From positions 1 through 44,633 of the forward strand of contig DASSOT010000053.1 in assembly GCA_035700225.1 (NCBI GenBank): a stretch of DNA of 44,633 nucleotides, given 5' to 3'. The notes beneath the pieces were generated by a model. That model did no database searches. It was not told the DNA's origin and saw nothing but the letters and a program-made list of their open reading frames with translations. Made by a program: the position numbers and the translations under genes. Position 1 is the stretch's first letter; the number at the start of each line of letters is the position of its first letter. This document shows positions 18,256-28,973 of the stretch, in pieces. This DNA comes from Candidatus Saccharimonadales bacterium. Lineage in GTDB: Bacteria; Patescibacteriota; Saccharimonadia; Saccharimonadales; 2-12-FULL-41-12.

Positions 18256-18774
18256 CTATACAGCTTGGGCAGAAGGAGGGAATTTACCGGGTTGTTTCTG
18301 CACGAATTGTTCCACCAACGGCTTTTCACCGTCCATACCCATGACCGAACCATCGCCCATGAAGGCATATCGGCCTTCTGCCAAAGGTATCCTGCTTTGC
18401 TCGCTCACCACAAGTTCCGGACTCGCATTAGGATTGTCATCACCGGCGGGGCGGACCAAGCCGATTTCTCTTTGCTTTACACCCACCATCTTTTTCATCC
18501 AGCTGAGCACGCCTGGGGTAGGCGCTTCTGAAAGCACCCTGGCATTATTCTTCCTGCCGTAGATTACTAAATCTTTCGGTATGAGGGTATAGGCGACTCT
18601 CCTCCGGCCTTTTCTTGTATCGACCTGGGTTACAGTCCTTGACTCCGCGACTCCGCTTACCTCCCGGGGCCTTACGCCTCCGGCAAGCTTGGTATTCGGT
18701 TTGAGCTTTTCCGGTGTTATCACCTCATAGGAAAGCCCCGGCGAATGAACTATAGATGAATCGTTATTTTTCAT
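18256..18774 (-). CDS. Hypothetical protein (172 aa)
   Basis: ORF co-directional with, and 57 nt downstream of, atpC. No recognisable motif. Confidence 0.5.
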   Translation of the reverse strand: MKNNDSSIVHSPGLSYEVITPEKLKPNTKLAGGVRPREVSGVAESRTVTQVDTRKGRRRVAYTLIPKDLVIYGRKNNARVLSEAPTPGVLSWMKKMVGVKQREIGLVRPAGDDNPNASPELVVSEQSRIPLAEGRYAFMGDGSVMGMDGEKPLVEQFVQKQPGKFPPSAQAV

Positions 18775-18831
18775 TGCAAGAATTATATATTAACATATAA
18801 AAGCGTTGTTGGCAATATCATTTTGTTATGG

Positions 18832-19266
18832 TTAATATTTACGCTTCGTATGCCTTCGCTTCAACGAGGCGACCTGTAATCTGACGGAGCTTCTGTCGAC
18901 CATTGTCTGCGCCTGCTCCAGGCTGAGTTGGTCTTTGGCCTCGGCTTTCATCTTTTGTGCCCGTTCCAGAGCGGCTTTGGCCTCAGCTTCGCTGATATCA
19001 TCAGCATGATCTGCCTCGTCGACAATGACCCGAAGGTTATTGTTTTCAACCTCTATGACCCCTCCGTTTGTAGCGAAAAATTCCATTTCCCGGTCCGGGT
19101 CCTTAGGATTCTTCCTGATGCTTATCACGCCGTTCGTAGCCGCGGATATCAGCGGCATATGATCCTTCAGTACGCCTATTTCGCCTTCCAGAGTAGGCAG
19201 GATGACTTCATAGACATCACCGTCATATTTGGTACCGGTAGCTGTTACGAGGTTAAGATGTATCAC
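18832..19266 (-). CDS. atpC: F1 ATP synthase epsilon subunit
   Basis: LNLVTATGTKYDGDVYEVILPTLEGEIGVLKDHMPLI matches the epsilon N-domain, followed by a helical C-tail. GTG start 1 nt after the atpD stop. Confidence 0.9.
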   Translation of the reverse strand: MIHLNLVTATGTKYDGDVYEVILPTLEGEIGVLKDHMPLISAATNGVISIRKNPKDPDREMEFFATNGGVIEVENNNLRVIVDEADHADDISEAEAKAALERAQKMKAEAKDQLSLEQAQTMVDRSSVRLQVASLKRRHTKRKY

Positions 19267-19267
19267 C

Positions 19268-21543
<2,276 letters not shown>

Positions 21544-21549
21544 GCGTTA

Positions 21550-23115
21550 TCAGCCTTTCGCCTCGGACTTTTTATTAGCGGTCTTGTCGGCCTTCTTATA
21601 TCCTTCAGCTACTTTGCGGGCGGTCTTTACTATGGTTTCGTTCTGGACGTCCGTAGGTTTGTCGCCTGTGTTGATGGCTTCTATCAGCTTGGTATTCTTC
21701 TTCAGCTCACGTAGCAGTGCATCTTCGGCGGCTTTGATTTTCTCAAGCGGTATATCGTCAAAACAGCCTTCGTTCGCTGAGAGTAGCACAGAGTACATCT
21801 CCCAGATGGCATAAGGCCTGAACTGGGGTTGCTTCAAAAGCTCCGTCAAGCGCTGGCCGCGTTCGATGGTCTGCCGGGTTTCCGGATCCAGGTCGGTAGA
21901 GAACTGGCTGAAAGCGGCCAGTTCGCGGAACTGTGCCAGCTCCAGCTTCAAACCGCCGCCCACGGCTTTTATAGCCTTGGTCTGTGCGGCGCCGCCTACG
22001 CGGGATACGGACAAGCCTACCGAGATAGCAGGGCGGATACCCTGGTAAAACAGGTTGGTTTCAAGGAATATCTGGCCATCCGTTATAGATATGACGTTGG
22101 TCGGGATATAGGCCGAGATGTCGCCAGCCTGGGTTTCTATTATCGGCAGGGCGGTCAAACTTCCTGCACCCAGTTTATCCGACAACTTGGCGGCTCGTTC
22201 AAGAAGCCTTGAGTGCAGATAAAACACATCGCCCGGGTAAGCTTCGCGTCCCGGAGGGCGTCGGAGCAATAGTGACATCTGTCGGTAAGCGACCGCATGC
22301 TTGGAAAGGTCATCATAGATTATAAGCGCGTGTTTTTTATTGTCGCGGAAGTATTCGCCGATGGCACATCCGGCATAGGGGGCCAGGTAAAGCATCGCCG
22401 CCGGGTCGGACGGCCCGGTAGCGACGATTATCGTCTGTTTCATCACTCCTTCGCGGACCAGCCTGTCCTTCAGCGCCGCAATCTTAGACAGTTTCTGTCC
22501 GATTGCTACGTAAACGTTTACGACGCCGGTCTTCTGCTTGGCCTGGTTTATCATCGTATCCACCGCTATAGCAGTCTTGCCGGTTTGCCTGTCGCCGATG
22601 ATAAGCTCTCTTTGGCCGCGGCCTATAGGAATCAGGGCGTCAACGGCAGTAACACCTGTCATCAGCGGTTCATGAACGCTTTTTCTGTCCAATACGGCTG
22701 GGGCAGAGCGTTCTACGCGGCTTGTTTGAGAGGTTTTGATAGGCTCGCCGCCGTCCAGCGGATTGCCCAGCGGGTCGACAACCCGTCCGACCAGTTCCGG
22801 ACCTACCGGTATTTCCAGCACCTTGCCGGTCAAGCGGGCCTTGGCCCCGGCCTTGACTTCCAGGTCTTCGCCCAAAAGAACGGCTCCTATCTCTTCTTCG
22901 CCCAGGTTGAACGCGAAAGCCGTGACATTCTGGCCGTCTATGCCCTCGATATCGAGCATCTCGCTGTATCCGCAGTTCCTAAGGCCGTAAATCCAGGCAA
23001 TACCGTCACCGACCCTGGTAACGATGCCGACTTCTTCCATCTCAGGCTTGTTCTTAAGCTCATTTATAGCCGTCTTAATGTCGTCGGACAGTTCTTTAAT
23101 TGATAGGTCTTTCAC
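21550..23115 (-). CDS. atpA: F1 ATP synthase alpha subunit
   Basis: Walker [30 protein letters not shown]. Confidence 0.98.
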   Translation of the reverse strand: MKDLSIKELSDDIKTAINELKNKPEMEEVGIVTRVGDGIAWIYGLRNCGYSEMLDIEGIDGQNVTAFAFNLGEEEIGAVLLGEDLEVKAGAKARLTGKVLEIPVGPELVGRVVDPLGNPLDGGEPIKTSQTSRVERSAPAVLDRKSVHEPLMTGVTAVDALIPIGRGQRELIIGDRQTGKTAIAVDTMINQAKQKTGVVNVYVAIGQKLSKIAALKDRLVREGVMKQTIIVATGPSDPAAMLYLAPYAGCAIGEYFRDNKKHALIIYDDLSKHAVAYRQMSLLLRRPPGREAYPGDVFYLHSRLLERAAKLSDKLGAGSLTALPIIETQAGDISAYIPTNVISITDGQIFLETNLFYQGIRPAISVGLSVSRVGGAAQTKAIKAVGGGLKLELAQFRELAAFSQFSTDLDPETRQTIERGQRLTELLKQPQFRPYAIWEMYSVLLSANEGCFDDIPLEKIKAAEDALLRELKKNTKLIEAINTGDKPTDVQNETIVKTARKVAEGYKKADKTANKKSEAKG

Positions 23116-23121
23116 TTTAGA

Positions 23122-23529
23122 TTAATCCTTTCCAGAAGTTGTTAGTTGTTTGAACCGGTTAAGCCTGCTTCGAACCGTCAGATCCAACTGTTGGTTTGCC
23201 AGCTCCAGCCGCACTCCACCAATCATATTCGGCTCCGTCACCTCATTGATGACTATTTCCTTGGCTTCAGGGTAAAAAGCGCGTATCTTGTCCTTGATCT
23301 CTTTGCCCAGCTGGGCCGTCAACTTGTGGGCGCTTACAGCTGTCACTTCGACGACGCCTTTTTGGGCCCGTTTCTGCATGATGTCGCGCGACAGGGAAGT
23401 AAGCTCGCCGGTCCGTCCGGTTTCCAGTAAAAATGCCGCTATCTCTTGGCTCAAAGCCTTAGTGTCTACGTCCTGGCGAAGAGTCCGCTCGGCTAGAAAT
23501 TCAGCTATCTTGTGCCTCGGGGTTTTCAT
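23122..23529 (-). CDS. atpH: F1 ATP synthase delta (OSCP) subunit, unusually short (135 aa)
   Basis: Lies between atpF and atpA. C-terminal domain has the IGGVRLELANQQLDLTVRSRL signature. Confidence 0.8.
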   Translation of the reverse strand: MKTPRHKIAEFLAERTLRQDVDTKALSQEIAAFLLETGRTGELTSLSRDIMQKRAQKGVVEVTAVSAHKLTAQLGKEIKDKIRAFYPEAKEIVINEVTEPNMIGGVRLELANQQLDLTVRSRLNRFKQLTTSGKD

Positions 23530-24065
23530 CAGCCGGCATTCTCCTTAAGAGCCTTGTCTATCAAGGCCGCATCCTTCTTGGAATCGATTTTCTCCCGCAA
23601 TATGGCTTCCGTAGCTTGTGAAACCAGGCCTGCCAGGTCTTTTTCCAGGCGCTTCTTAGCAACGAGCGTATCCTGCTTGATACGGGCGCTAGCCTGGTTG
23701 ACCATATCCTCGGCCTTGGCGCGGGCCGTTTCTTCCGCCTCCTGGATAGACTGCCTGCCGGTATTCTGTGCTTCGGCGATTATCTTGTCCGCCTCTTGGC
23801 GTGCACCGTGCAGGGCGTCGGCTACTTTGGCATCCATCTCGGCTTTTTCTTTCTTCATCTGCTCGCCAAGTTTGACGCCTTTTTCAATGGTATCCCTGCG
23901 CTCGTCAAGCATCTTTATGATGGGCTTGAAAGCATATTTCTTCAGCACCAAAAAAGCCAGCGCGAAAGTTACCAGCTGGATGATGAACGCCTTGCCGTCA
24001 ATACCAAGAGCCCCCAGACCGGAACCGGAGTTTTCAGCCGCGAATTGTGTTACGTGTGTAATCAT
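23529..24065 (-). CDS. atpF: Fo ATP synthase b subunit
   Basis: A single N-terminal TM helix is followed by a long charged coiled-coil. Operon position fits. Confidence 0.9.
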   Translation of the reverse strand: MITHVTQFAAENSGSGLGALGIDGKAFIIQLVTFALAFLVLKKYAFKPIIKMLDERRDTIEKGVKLGEQMKKEKAEMDAKVADALHGARQEADKIIAEAQNTGRQSIQEAEETARAKAEDMVNQASARIKQDTLVAKKRLEKDLAGLVSQATEAILREKIDSKKDAALIDKALKENAG

Positions 24066-24084
24066 CCTATTTTCTTAACTTCTC

Positions 24085-24330
24085 CTATTTGACGAAAAAT
24101 GTTGATGCGAAGGCCAAAAGTCCGTAAACCTCTATCAGACCGACGAATACCAAAGCCTGTCCTAGAAACTTCGAAGCTTCCGGGTTCCTGCCGACTGCGC
24201 TCAGATAGCTTGCACCGACCAGGCCGATACCTATGGTTGGCCCTATAAAGCCGCCGCCTATCATGATGCCGTGTGCCAGCGACTGCATGGACGATGTCGC
24301 TTCCGCTAATGTTTCTACTGGTAAAATCAT
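24085..24330 (-). CDS. atpE: Fo ATP synthase c subunit
   Basis: 81-aa two-helix hairpin: GRNPE loop and carboxylate in GLIEVYGL. Confidence 0.95.
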   Translation of the reverse strand: MILPVETLAEATSSMQSLAHGIMIGGGFIGPTIGIGLVGASYLSAVGRNPEASKFLGQALVFVGLIEVYGLLAFASTFFVK

Positions 24331-24387
24331 ATCTTCTCCTTTATTTACCTTTATTTACTTTACTTTGTACATAAACAAACTCACCCA

Positions 24388-25254
24388 CTATGCCACCCCT
24401 GAAACTTTTACTGTCTTTTTTATTGTTTCAGCTGGGTCGTCTTCGGTCAAGTGTGCTTCCTCATGTTGCTGGGAATGATTGACTGCGATAGCCAGATAAT
24501 TGACAGCCAATATGATGAAAATATACGCCTGTAATGCACCTACTCCGAGCTCCAGCAATGTAAAAGGCAGGGCAGTGACAGGCGACAGGATGCTAGCGGG
24601 CGCCAGCATACCGCCCAGAAAAGCGAACACCGAGATTACGATTTCGCCGATGGTGATATTAAGGAATAATCGAAGCGCCAGGCTGAGCAGGCGCGTAAGG
24701 TCGGTGAGTATCTCTATAAGCCCTATCACGAGATAAAGCGGATTCAGCGGACTGCCGATAAAGAAATGTCTTATGTATTTGCCAAAGCCGCCAAGTTCGC
24801 GGATGGATGCGATATATACGAAGACCATGGTCACCAGCCCCATGGCCAGCGTTGCGTTCAAGTCAGCGGTCATAGGCCTTAACAACGGATGTTCGCCTAC
24901 TTGCAAAGGACCGACTCCGGGTATAAGCTCCGACCAGTTGTTGAGGAGGATTATAAAGAACAGCGTAACAAAGAATGGAACATACTTGCGGCCGATGCGC
25001 TTATCGTCAAAGGCGTTTTCCACGAGGTCGCTGACGAAAGTTACTCCGGCCTCGACATATTGCACCATACCGCCCCTCGGGTGTACCTTCACCCGGCGTG
25101 CGGCCCAGACCAGGCCAGCTATCATCAGGACGGTTACGATCCAGCCCAAAAGCATCGCATTGGTAATAGTCCAGCCACCAATCTGAAAATTGCCGGCGGG
25201 CGCTACATGCACCGCGGGGCTTGATTCGGCAAAGCGGGAAACAATGTTATGCAT
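24388..25254 (-). CDS. atpB: Fo ATP synthase a subunit
   Basis: Polytopic membrane protein with the essential Arg in LSLALRLFLNITIGE. Confidence 0.95.
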   Translation of the reverse strand: MHNIVSRFAESSPAVHVAPAGNFQIGGWTITNAMLLGWIVTVLMIAGLVWAARRVKVHPRGGMVQYVEAGVTFVSDLVENAFDDKRIGRKYVPFFVTLFFIILLNNWSELIPGVGPLQVGEHPLLRPMTADLNATLAMGLVTMVFVYIASIRELGGFGKYIRHFFIGSPLNPLYLVIGLIEILTDLTRLLSLALRLFLNITIGEIVISVFAFLGGMLAPASILSPVTALPFTLLELGVGALQAYIFIILAVNYLAIAVNHSQQHEEAHLTEDDPAETIKKTVKVSGVA

Positions 25255-25580
25255 CAGTCTTCATCCTCCTCTTCGTACTGTTTCTGAATCTTCTTTCTTT
25301 CGGCAGGCGTAAGTTTCGGGACGGGCAGGCGGTTTGCGGCTTGCATGGCGCGCCACATGACCGCGGTAGAGCCGACCACTGCCAACGCAAGACCGACGAA
25401 CAAATATGCGTTCGTACCGGTTGTCTTACTAAGCTTGGCTCCGCCTATTACCGGCACCAGCACCACAACCGCCAACTGCCAGCTCATATCAAGAGCCATG
25501 ATGAGGAACGTGTTCTTTTGGGTTTTTCCACCCTTAATTTGCGGTGTCGCCTTCGGCTCGGCCGTCTTTTTTGCCATCAT
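25254..25580 (-). CDS. AtpZ/AtpI-like small membrane protein, first gene of the atp operon
   Basis: Two TM helices after a basic N-terminus, with a 1-nt overlap (TGATG) with atpB. I place the start at ATG 25580, not the track's GTG at 25598, because a TTGATA-17-TATACT promoter occupies 25589-25617. Confidence 0.7.
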   Translation of the reverse strand: MMAKKTAEPKATPQIKGGKTQKNTFLIMALDMSWQLAVVVLVPVIGGAKLSKTTGTNAYLFVGLALAVVGSTAVMWRAMQAANRLPVPKLTPAERKKIQKQYEEEDED

Positions 25581-25588
25581 TCTCCGGC

Positions 25589-25617
25589 AGTATACCACCT
25601 CTGTTTATTTGTATCAA
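25589..25617 (-). promoter_or_regulatory. atp operon promoter TTGATA-17-(TGg)TATACT, 8 nt upstream of ATG 25580
   Basis: Read directly on the minus strand. It has the extended -10 TG. Confidence 0.6.
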
Positions 25618-25646
25618 CGATATTTTAAGTAATTTTTACAAGAATG

Positions 25647-25675
25647 TTGCTTTATGATTATTTATGTGGTATAGT
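25647..25675 (+). promoter_or_regulatory. Promoter TTGCTT-17-(TGg)TATAGT, 7 nt upstream of ATG 25683
   Basis: Read directly. Divergent from, and back-to-back with, the atp promoter. Confidence 0.55.
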
Positions 25676-25682
25676 ATCGCCA

Positions 25683-27281
25683 ATGAGTCCGGAAACTGCA
25701 GGCGTGGAAGCAGGCAAGCAAGCTATTGAAGCTCGCGACCCTCAGGGGAATGAACTATTCCCGGCTGATGATATTGCGAGAATTTTGCAATTACCGGATC
25801 TGCTGGCTGAAGAGCTCGAAGACGCACCCCACCAAGCCCAGGTTTTACGCAGAGACATCGACAATCTTACCTACAACCTTGGAACGGCATATGAAGCCGC
25901 CGGTGATGTTAGCAGAGGAGACAGGGATGACTTAAGGTTCCAAGCTATAACCCGGAACGAAGCCATAAATGATTTGCAACATAAGAACGGCAGGTTTCCA
26001 AACGCTTATGCCAGATTGAAAGAAGGCGCGTATAACCTCGGTCCGGAGGAAGTCAGCTACTTTACCGCGCTTGTGCTCGCTGGAAAAGAACCGACGGGCG
26101 AAGACTTTATCCATGCCGGTACGCTGGACCAGCCTTCCAGGGTTTCCCGTGTACTGGGCAGGGGGCCAAGACTTTTTGAGGACACCCCGGAAAATATCGA
26201 ACAGTTCAAAGAAATCGGCGAGGCGCTTCAGCTTCTTTTAATGCTGGAAAACCAGGAGAGAGCTACAAGGGTTCTACATATGTGCCTCGGATACGGCGAC
26301 AGAAAACAGGTAAGAACCGCTGTGAATCTTTTCAACCGTTTCAGCCGTATAGCCTGTGACGAAGAACTGGGTATGGATGAAAAAGTGGCCAAGCAACTGC
26401 AGGCGAACGCGGACACGGTAAGGCTTGCCAGGTCGCTCAGCTTCAGCCAAAAAACCGATGAAACTACTTTAGAGCGCATACACGCCCGAATCGACCACTT
26501 CGAGGAAATTTACAAAAACAACTGGGTCATGGACAGGACTCTGGCGATGACGCTGTACGGAAAAGAATTCAGGGCCAATGGCAACCGGCACCCGGTAGTA
26601 GAAACCGAGCCGGAGCCGGTTGAAGCAGAAAGTATTCTTCCGCCCATCGAACCCGTACCAGTACCGGAAACGCCGGAACCGGAACCCGATTTCGTCGCGC
26701 ATTATACGGCCAAGGTACAGGAGCTCGTTGGTTCAATAGGTTTTGAGAAATTCTCAGTATTGCCGGCTAAGGAAATCAAACGGCGCGGCCTGGATACGGC
26801 ACGCGAGATATTGGTCAAGGGTGAAGCCGACGAAGACGGCGTTCAGATAGTCGGCGGACGTTCCAAACAGGATTCGCACCTGTACATTTCAAGCATTGAG
26901 TTCATCCACTCCTTCATACCGGGCTCGGAAAGCCTGGAAGAAGCGAGAGAGGCTCTGGAAAAAGCAGTCCAGGAATCTGCAAGCTTCAAACAAAGACTTG
27001 GTTCGGTGTTAAGCGAGGCAAGATCGTCTTTGAAGCACAGACAGCTTAGCGAGATAATGAACAGCGCGCCGGATATCAAGGCGGTTGGCGAAGTGGTGGA
27101 ACTTGTCAGAGATGACTGGGAAACCGCCTCTTTCGTAATAGGTAAGTACTGGCCTGACGGACACGGCAAGGTCAAGCAACTCAGAGAACTGCTGTTTCCA
27201 AACGCCGAAGAACGGGCTAACGTCCAACCCGTAGAACTGTCCGCCGGCGAAGAAGCACCTATCAGAGAACAAGCCGCCTAG
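25683..27281 (+). CDS. Hypothetical protein (532 aa) with a central Pro/Glu-rich linker
   Basis: Long ORF. Start moved to ATG 25683 (MSPETAG) because the upstream in-frame codons are occupied by the promoter. Linker reads ETEPEPVEAESILPPIEPVPVPETPEPEPD. No known domain recognised. Confidence 0.6.
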   Translation: MSPETAGVEAGKQAIEARDPQGNELFPADDIARILQLPDLLAEELEDAPHQAQVLRRDIDNLTYNLGTAYEAAGDVSRGDRDDLRFQAITRNEAINDLQHKNGRFPNAYARLKEGAYNLGPEEVSYFTALVLAGKEPTGEDFIHAGTLDQPSRVSRVLGRGPRLFEDTPENIEQFKEIGEALQLLLMLENQERATRVLHMCLGYGDRKQVRTAVNLFNRFSRIACDEELGMDEKVAKQLQANADTVRLARSLSFSQKTDETTLERIHARIDHFEEIYKNNWVMDRTLAMTLYGKEFRANGNRHPVVETEPEPVEAESILPPIEPVPVPETPEPEPDFVAHYTAKVQELVGSIGFEKFSVLPAKEIKRRGLDTAREILVKGEADEDGVQIVGGRSKQDSHLYISSIEFIHSFIPGSESLEEAREALEKAVQESASFKQRLGSVLSEARSSLKHRQLSEIMNSAPDIKAVGEVVELVRDDWETASFVIGKYWPDGHGKVKQLRELLFPNAEERANVQPVELSAGEEAPIREQAA

Positions 27282-27289
27282 ACTTTAAT

Positions 27290-27298
27290 TGTTATAAT
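27290..27298 (+). promoter_or_regulatory. Extended -10 element TGtTATAAT, 6 nt upstream of ATG 27305
   Basis: TGTTATAAT-taaagt-ATG, read directly. Confidence 0.5.
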
Positions 27299-27304
27299 TA
27301 AAGT

Positions 27305-27544
27305 ATGATAACTATTTATTCCACTCGCACATGCGGTTTCTGCCATGCCGCCAAACAGTATCTAAACGGACTTGGTGTAGATTATGACGAGGTCAAAGTA
27401 GACGAGATACCCGACGGACCGCAGAAACTCATAGACAAATCCGGCCAACTGGGCGTACCGGTCATTGATTTCGACGGCAACATAATAATCGGTTTCAACC
27501 GCCCGCAACTGGACCTGCTTCTGCGCGAGAAGAAACTTATCTGA
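27305..27544 (+). CDS. Glutaredoxin-like protein (NrdH/YruB-type small redoxin)
   Basis: 79 aa with thioredoxin-fold layout: ITIYSTRTCGFCHAAKQYL (CxxC) and GVPVIDFDG. Confidence 0.85.
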   Translation: MITIYSTRTCGFCHAAKQYLNGLGVDYDEVKVDEIPDGPQKLIDKSGQLGVPVIDFDGNIIIGFNRPQLDLLLREKKLI

Positions 27545-27548
27545 CACG

Positions 27549-28118
27549 ATGGCACTCGAAGATTACAAGAACAAGGAGTCAGTGGTCTTGGTCTATACCG
27601 GCGACGGCAAAGGCAAAACCAGCGCATCCCTGGGTCTGCTGGCCCGAGCTCTGGGCAACCGCTGGAGCGTAGCCTTCATCCAGTTCATAAAATACTGGGG
27701 GGTAGGCGAGCACGTATTCATCCGCGATATACAGCCTCTGTTCAAAGACCAGCTTTATTTCCACAAGGGCGGCAAAGGTTTTTACAAGGCCGGCGAGCTG
27801 AGCGCTCAGAACATCAGCGAAGAACAGCATAAGCAGGCGGCGAGGGAAACTTACGATGAGGCTCTGCGCGCGGTTAAAAGCGGCGAGTACGGCCTGGTCA
27901 TCTGTGACGAGATAAACAACGCCGTGCATGACGGCCTGATTTCGCAAAAAGAGCTGGAAAAACTGATTGATGCAAAGCATGAAAAGACCAGCCTGTGCCT
28001 TACCGGCAGGAATTTCCCGAAAAAACTGCTGGAAAAGGTCGACATCGCCACCGATATGACCAAGCTGAAACATCATTTCGACGACGGATTCTTAGCCAAC
28101 CCTGGTATTGACTTTTAG
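27549..28118 (+). CDS. cobO: Cob(I)yrinic acid a,c-diamide / cob(I)alamin adenosyltransferase (CobO/BtuR family)
   Basis: P-loop variant YTGDGKGKTSASLGLLARALG, then IQFIK..GE, CDEINNAV, LTGRNFP and KHHFDDGFLANPGIDF. Confidence 0.85.
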   Translation: MALEDYKNKESVVLVYTGDGKGKTSASLGLLARALGNRWSVAFIQFIKYWGVGEHVFIRDIQPLFKDQLYFHKGGKGFYKAGELSAQNISEEQHKQAARETYDEALRAVKSGEYGLVICDEINNAVHDGLISQKELEKLIDAKHEKTSLCLTGRNFPKKLLEKVDIATDMTKLKHHFDDGFLANPGIDF

Positions 28119-28136
28119 CGTATTTTTTGATATAAT
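28108..28136 (+). promoter_or_regulatory. Promoter TTGACT-17-TATAAT inside the cobO 3' end, 6 nt upstream of ATG 28143
   Basis: Read directly. Near-consensus hexamers with optimal spacer. Confidence 0.6.
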
Positions 28137-28142
28137 ATATAT

Positions 28143-28454
28143 ATGATAGCTATGCCCCTTACTACAGCCAAAACAGGCATCGAGGCGCATGATTTTTATC
28201 CTGTAGTCGAGGAAAACGTAGCCCGCGCGGAAGAATCCGTAACGGAGCTGGAGTACAGCAAGTTCACGCTTGCGCGGGCTGGCGTAGCAGTTCATCCCAC
28301 CACCGGAGAAAAACTGCCCCGTTCCATCGCAGAAGCACAGGATAGAATAACTGAAACCCTGGGAGAAAGATTCACCGATATATTTCTACGGGGCATCGTT
28401 AAAGCTTATAGCGCGCCTACGGACACCCGCGGGCCGTCAGGCGGGTTGGGCTAG
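28143..28454 (+). CDS. Hypothetical small acidic protein (103 aa)
   Basis: ORF starts 6 nt after a consensus -10. Its stop abuts the next start (TAGATG). No motif recognised. Confidence 0.5.
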   Translation: MIAMPLTTAKTGIEAHDFYPVVEENVARAEESVTELEYSKFTLARAGVAVHPTTGEKLPRSIAEAQDRITETLGERFTDIFLRGIVKAYSAPTDTRGPSGGLG

Positions 28455-28973
28455 ATGAGCAAACCTACCCTGTATCTGATGCTCGGTTATCCGGGCGCAG
28501 GCAAGACTACCGTTTCTGAATTCATTACCAAGGTTACAGGCGCAGTTCATCTTAACAGCGACCAGTTCCGATTGCGCATGTTCCGCAATCCGCTCAATAT
28601 AACCGAGGCGGATCATGAAAACATGTACAAGATGCTCGACCACATCACCGAACGCACCCTGAAAAGCGGTAAAAGCGTCATCTATGACGCCAATCTTAAC
28701 CGCTACAGCCACCGCAAGGAAAAGTACGATATTGCCAAGCGCACCGGTACGAATGCGAAGCTGGTCTGGGTAAGAACTGATGCCGAGGAAGCCAGAAAAA
28801 GAGCCACCGTGGAAGCTTCACAGCACCCGGGGCACCGGCCTTTCGGCAATATGGACCCGGAAATCTTTGAAAGGCTTGTCCGAGAGATAGAACCGCCCGA
28901 AAAGAATGAGCCTGCGATAATCATAGACGGCAACAAGATAAGCGAAGAAGAAGTCAAAAGGGCTTTGGGCTAA
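28455..28973 (+). CDS. P-loop kinase-like ATPase (AAA_33 / zeta-toxin-like fold)
   Basis: Walker A GYPGAGKTT, followed by LNSD and IYDANL. 172 aa, the typical size of small-molecule or polynucleotide kinases. Confidence 0.7.
   Translation: MSKPTLYLMLGYPGAGKTTVSEFITKVTGAVHLNSDQFRLRMFRNPLNITEADHENMYKMLDHITERTLKSGKSVIYDANLNRYSHRKEKYDIAKRTGTNAKLVWVRTDAEEARKRATVEASQHPGHRPFGNMDPEIFERLVREIEPPEKNEPAIIIDGNKISEEEVKRALG

Noticed and set aside
22297-23103. 268-aa plus-strand ORF
   Set aside because: It is antisense to atpA, and its Arg/Gly/Leu-rich translation has no motifs. The atpA assignment is unambiguous.
23512-24078. 188-aa plus-strand ORF
   Set aside because: It is antisense to atpF and atpH. 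Its Ser/Ala-rich translation mirrors the Lys/Glu/Ala-rich b subunit.
25644-25682. Longer N-terminus (MLLYDYLCGIVSP) for the 545-aa track ORF
   Set aside because: These codons coincide with a TTGCTT-17-TGgTATAGT promoter, so ATG 25683 is the more likely start.
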